A stretch of DNA of 64,000 bases from an uncultured Candidatus Saccharimonas sp. (GTDB lineage Bacteria > Patescibacteriota > Saccharimonadia > Saccharimonadales > AWTP1-31): contig CALRBE010000002.1 of NCBI GenBank assembly GCA_943354005.1, forward strand, positions 25,810-89,809. The letters are read 5' to 3'. The first letter of the stretch is position 1. The number at the start of each line of letters is the position of its first letter. Below are positions 59,970 to 64,000 of this stretch, piece by piece. A program made the translations under genes and the position numbers. Below the pieces are notes generated by a model. It was given only the letters and a program-made list of their open reading frames with translations, did no database searches and was not told the DNA's origin.

Positions 59970-62531
59970 CTAGTTTTTTAATATGGCAGAAGTGTATGTA
60001 TTTTTGCCATAGTCACTAATCATCTTTTGCGATAGTTTACCCATACTATTCAACTCGTCATTACTGCTGGTCTTTTTGTTTAGCAGTTTTTCAAGAACAC
60101 TAGCAAACTGCACGACATTAGTATGGTCAATAAAATAGCCGTTCTTTCCGTTTTGAAGTTGCTCGTCAACGCCAGCACTATTATTGCGTAAAACAATATG
60201 TCCCATAAGCATACCTTCAGCAACGTAAAGTGCAAAAGTCTCGTTTAACGAACAGCAAATTACCGCATTGCATTTAGATGTGATTTTCAATGCATCATCT
60301 CTTGGCATGCTTGGATAAAATGTAACATGTTCTTTCATTAAGGAGTTACCCACCCACCTGATTTGTTGTGATAAGTAATCATCGCCAATACTAACAAGAT
60401 TTAAGCTAAAGCCGCGATAATCACTTGGCGATTTAGTGTAGTAGTGCTCAATAAAATAAGAGAAGGCTGCCAAAGCAATCATTTGACCTTTGCGTCCATC
60501 AGATGGAGTTCCCGAAATTAAAAAGTTAAGCTTATCATAGTCAGTTACGGGTCTAGGGTGTAAATATTTTTTACTTACGGTCACCCTTAGCGGTATTACT
60601 CGTGTAGACTTAATGCCCAGTAATTGATTATATTCCTTGCGGACTCGTTCTGAAGGCACTAGAATTGTTAGTTTTTTGTTCTCACTCAAAGATCGAATAT
60701 TTTTAATTGTCACAGGTTCGATAAAGGTATGATTAACAGCTGGAATCTGATCTTTATCTTCATGAATGAACCAGTATGCATGTTTAAGTCGTCCAAGGCG
60801 AAGCCATAGCAAAATGAATTCGCGATAGTTGTCGTATATTGCAATAGTATTCATTAACAGAAAGTCATCACTGCGCAGTCCAAGCTGCAAACGTATCATT
60901 CTGAAACTTAGTGCATGCGCACTTTTATCAACCCGTACACCAAGTTTATGAAGACTTTTGCGGTGCTCAGGCATGATAGAAGGTGTTATAAGATGAACAT
61001 TTTTTGCACCGTAAGTTTCTGCAAACTCTTTTATCATCTGCATTAAAACAAGTGGCGCCCCGGTATTATCCATTGGATGTCCAATGAAAACATACTTTCT
61101 CGCTCGACCTGAGGGTACGCTGTTCTTTGCCTGAGTTTTTACGATTGAAAGAGCAATTTTTGCTGAGGAACGTATGCCCTTTTTACGTACATGAGCAATA
61201 GTTTTACTCGTTAGTCCTAGTATGCTACCTTTTGATTGGGGCACAGCAACATTATCATCTGCATAGGATAGTTTAATATCGTGCTCCTGCTTAAACGAGA
61301 GCTCATCATTATAGGGTAGTTTGCCAGCTTTTATAATATTAGAAATAGGTTTAAGTATATTTACCCAGTAATAAGTTGGCTTCAGGCCATGCATATTACT
61401 AGTTATTCTCTTCAGTTCCTGGGGTTTGGCTTGCAACTCTTCAATTGAGTGACTAATGCTTTTTGACGACAAATCTGTAAGGCGTACAGCTGCAGACTTT
61501 TCTATTAATGCCTCACTAAGCGGATCTCCACCATTAGTTAAAACTGGAATTTCACCCCACACAAAATCCATTACCCGAGTTCTCCAAGAAAAGCCATTTT
61601 CCTCTCCTGGCTGGTTTAAACTAATGACGATGTCTGCACCTGTGTACCAATTGATTCTGTCATTAAAATCTACCCAGTCAACAAAAAAAACTGACTTATT
61701 AGTGTAACCATGTTCTTTGGCAAAATTAATTGTACGATTGTATTGCTTAGCAAAATCAGGATTTGGATTAAAAGGGTTTTTACCACCTACAAATACAAAC
61801 TTAATTGATTTATTGGATGCAAGTGTACGTATTGCCCCAAGGAGCTCATCTACCCGAAACCAAGGATATAGTCCGCCAAACCATAGTACGACGAAGTCGG
61901 TCGACTTGATGCCAAGATCGCCATAAGGATTCTTTGCATTATTAATTGGTTCGTCATGTATACCAAATGGAGCAATCAAAATACGCTCTTGTCGGTACGA
62001 GCGAGGATTTATGACTCCCAGACTAGATAGTACTCCAAGATAAAGAGTCTTTTGACTTTCGTTAGCACACAAAAAGAAGTCGCCACGTCTCAAAACATGA
62101 TTGAAACGTTGTATATCAGCGAGATAGTTTCTTAATTCTGCCTCTACATCATTAGAGTCACGTGCAGACACCTCTATATATATTGGAACATATGCATCAA
62201 GAATAAGTTGAACATCATCTTTAATGCGGTCTGCTATAAATACTGAAGCATCGCCCATACTGTAGCTCACTATAACGGCATCAAAAGTATTTAGGTATTC
62301 AGCAAATTGATTATCGAGGCTCCAATTGACAAGATCTATATTGTCGTGGCTGCTTAGTTCTTGCGGGAATGAGTCATTAACTGCAATAGTAATATCAATA
62401 CCATTTGACTGAAGACCTTTTGCAAGACCCCAAGCGCGCATACCACCACCCTCGACTGTTTGATATTGAGATGTTGGTACCGGACCATAAGTAACAACAA
62501 GACACGTTTTCAATTTTTTATCGACATTCAT
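59970..62531 (-). CDS. large multi-domain glycosyltransferase (two GT-B-like halves)
   Basis: 853 aa. The C-terminal half has the GT4-like motif ETFALYVAEGMLMGHIV. The N-terminal half also appears Rossmann-like. Located within the polysaccharide cluster. Confidence 0.6.
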   Translation of the reverse strand: MNVDKKLKTCLVVTYGPVPTSQYQTVEGGGMRAWGLAKGLQSNGIDITIAVNDSFPQELSSHDNIDLVNWSLDNQFAEYLNTFDAVIVSYSMGDASVFIADRIKDDVQLILDAYVPIYIEVSARDSNDVEAELRNYLADIQRFNHVLRRGDFFLCANESQKTLYLGVLSSLGVINPRSYRQERILIAPFGIHDEPINNAKNPYGDLGIKSTDFVVLWFGGLYPWFRVDELLGAIRTLASNKSIKFVFVGGKNPFNPNPDFAKQYNRTINFAKEHGYTNKSVFFVDWVDFNDRINWYTGADIVISLNQPGEENGFSWRTRVMDFVWGEIPVLTNGGDPLSEALIEKSAAVRLTDLSSKSISHSIEELQAKPQELKRITSNMHGLKPTYYWVNILKPISNIIKAGKLPYNDELSFKQEHDIKLSYADDNVAVPQSKGSILGLTSKTIAHVRKKGIRSSAKIALSIVKTQAKNSVPSGRARKYVFIGHPMDNTGAPLVLMQMIKEFAETYGAKNVHLITPSIMPEHRKSLHKLGVRVDKSAHALSFRMIRLQLGLRSDDFLLMNTIAIYDNYREFILLWLRLGRLKHAYWFIHEDKDQIPAVNHTFIEPVTIKNIRSLSENKKLTILVPSERVRKEYNQLLGIKSTRVIPLRVTVSKKYLHPRPVTDYDKLNFLISGTPSDGRKGQMIALAAFSYFIEHYYTKSPSDYRGFSLNLVSIGDDYLSQQIRWVGNSLMKEHVTFYPSMPRDDALKITSKCNAVICCSLNETFALYVAEGMLMGHIVLRNNSAGVDEQLQNGKNGYFIDHTNVVQFASVLEKLLNKKTSSNDELNSMGKLSQKMISDYGKNTYTSAILKN

Positions 62532-62559
62532 TTCTTCAATTAGTATACCATAAATAGTA

Positions 62560-64000
62560 CTATTGAATCGTCAATTGATTTGATATGTAATGACCTTTCC
62601 AGCTGCTTAAATCAGGGTTCCAGACGTGAAACTCAATTTTACCCGTTGAAGTTTTAGACTTTCCAACAAGCACGGCATCATCAATTTTATCTCCATTAAG
62701 ATCTGCAAATGACAAATCCGTAATTGAGACATTTATAATATCCGAGTTTGAGACAATATGATTTTTCCATGAACTTAAATCAGGGTTCCAGACGTGAAAC
62801 TCAATTTTACCCGTTGAAGTGTTGTTTAAGCCAATTGCGATAGGTTCATCTTTGCCATCTCCATTCAGATCTGCAAATCGTATTTGCATGTTCATTGGAT
62901 CTATTGGTGCAGGAAGATTAGATATAGTGTGACTTTGCCATGTGCTGACTCCGGGACCCCAGACGTGAAACTCAATTTTACCCGTTGAAGTGTCTTTGTA
63001 GCCAATTGTAATAGGTTCATCGATTTTATCTCCATTCAGATCTGCAAAATAAAAACTGAGGTTAGAAGTGCTCGAAGTAGATAAATTAGATATTGCATGA
63101 ACTATCCATTTCTTCATAGAGTACTCCCAAACATGAAACTCTATCATTCCACTGCCTGTATTTTTTTGAGCAATGAATATAGGTTCATCTTTGCCATCTC
63201 CATTCAGATCTGCAAATGTTATAAACCCGAGGGATGGATCTATAGCGGGTAGATTTGATGCAGTGTGATCTTGCCAACTTCCAAATCCACTATTCCACTC
63301 GTGCGTTTCCAGACAATTAGTACTAGAACCCGTATAAATAACAAAAGAACCAGACGCTACGTCTTTATTTAATTTTCTAAATTTTACATCTGTTATTGCA
63401 GGTAAAGGAGTTTCGTAATTACATCTGTCAGTCAAGGTGCTGCCAAACCATAAGTTAAAAAGTTTCCAAAAATTTCTATTCCCGTAAGCACTACATCCAT
63501 CTCCTGTTCCATAAAGATTATTCAATGCTGCTGCGTTGGGTTGATACGGTGTGTAATTATAGAGGGCAGCAGTCGCCGAATTTTGTATAGTAATGTTTGT
63601 TCCCCCACATCCAGGATTATTGGCTTGGTATGATACAAAACTAGTTTTCCCGTAGGCAAAGTTAAAACTTTGAGGTTGTTTTACGTATCGTTGAAATTGT
63701 CGTGCTGCATACCAAATCTGGTTAAAAAAGCCCGCAAATTCAGGATCGCATGGCGCAGTATCAGAGCATGCATAACCAGTCGCTTTTTCATATTGATTCG
63801 GCCACGGCCATGTATCGGTTATAAGACTTTGCTCTTTTTGGAGCAATACTATTAGTACCTTAGGGCTAATAGAGCAAGCCACAGAAACATCCTTAATGAT
63901 CTGTGCAGCAGACTTCGTCCCACCACCAACGGCACCGGTGCAGTATGCATCAGCTGATTTACCTGATATATTTTGGCGGTAATCTTTTAAGCATGTAAAA
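62560..64000 (-). CDS. secreted FG-GAP/VCBS-repeat (beta-propeller) protein with conserved Cys-containing N-terminal module; N-terminus beyond the window end
   Basis: The reading frame stays open upstream of the GTG at 63882 through to position 64000 (..CTGAVGGGTKSAAQIIKDVSVACSISPKVL..). There are at least five blades with ADLNGDGKDEPI / TGKIEFHVW motifs. Confidence 0.7.
   Translation of the reverse strand, partial: FTCLKDYRQNISGKSADAYCTGAVGGGTKSAAQIIKDVSVACSISPKVLIVLLQKEQSLITDTWPWPNQYEKATGYACSDTAPCDPEFAGFFNQIWYAARQFQRYVKQPQSFNFAYGKTSFVSYQANNPGCGGTNITIQNSATAALYNYTPYQPNAAALNNLYGTGDGCSAYGNRNFWKLFNLWFGSTLTDRCNYETPLPAITDVKFRKLNKDVASGSFVIYTGSSTNCLETHEWNSGFGSWQDHTASNLPAIDPSLGFITFADLNGDGKDEPIFIAQKNTGSGMIEFHVWEYSMKKWIVHAISNLSTSSTSNLSFYFADLNGDKIDEPITIGYKDTSTGKIEFHVWGPGVSTWQSHTISNLPAPIDPMNMQIRFADLNGDGKDEPIAIGLNNTSTGKIEFHVWNPDLSSWKNHIVSNSDIINVSITDLSFADLNGDKIDDAVLVGKSKTSTGKIEFHVWNPDLSSWKGHYISNQLTIQ
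62607..62991 (-). repeat. intragenic near-identical nucleotide repeats (period 168-171 bp)
   Basis: A 46-nt block (ttaaatcagggttccagacgtgaaactcaattttacccgttgaagt) is identical at 62607..62652 and 62775..62820. A 33-nt core recurs at 62959..62991. Confidence 0.85.

Noticed and set aside
1-64000. CRISPR arrays, rRNA genes, IS elements/transposases, reverse transcriptase/DGR components
   Set aside because: Reading both strands, I found no regularly spaced short direct repeats, no rRNA-like sequence, no DDE/serine/tyrosine recombinase motifs and no YxDD reverse-transcriptase motif in any ORF.

Overview
Gene-dense, AT-rich bacterial chromosome segment that spans the replication-origin neighbourhood: recF-dnaN-dnaA lies divergent from rpmH-rnpA-yidC-jag, with DnaA-box clusters on both sides of dnaA. 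Gene content and style suggest a reduced-genome CPR/Patescibacteria organism, probably Saccharibacteria-like. That rests on many overlapping stop/start codons, many lineage-specific hypothetical proteins, a CarS-like lipid gene and a Gram-positive-type T4SS-like locus, and it is an inference I cannot verify without a database search. Housekeeping genes I recognise are rpoD (partial), dnaG, orn, msrB, argS, a PGI/PMI, groES-groEL with two tandem CIRCE operators, a MurE-like ligase, tsaD, valS, a HIT protein, hsp20 and three tRNAs. The main accessory locus (30.7-45.6 kb) is a compact type IV secretion-like system. It has six tandem VirB2/TrbC-topology pilin paralogs on the minus strand. Divergent from them is an operon encoding a VirB6-like polytopic protein, a PrgI/VirB3-like protein, a P/Q-rich unknown protein, a VirB4 ATPase, two multi-domain cell-wall hydrolases and a small bitopic protein. 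No relaxase, coupling protein, VirB11 or integrase is visible in the window. A second notable locus (12.9-16.1 kb) sits directly downstream of groEL. It is a tandemly duplicated two-gene cassette with a near-identical promoter and N-terminal coding block and diverged C-termini, followed by a possible transglutaminase-like protein. The right end (52.8-64 kb) is an ABC-transporter-dependent surface-polysaccharide cluster (Wzm/Wzt-like, several glycosyltransferases, two methyltransferases), followed by a partial FG-GAP repeat protein. I saw no CRISPR array, rRNA, transposase or integrase.
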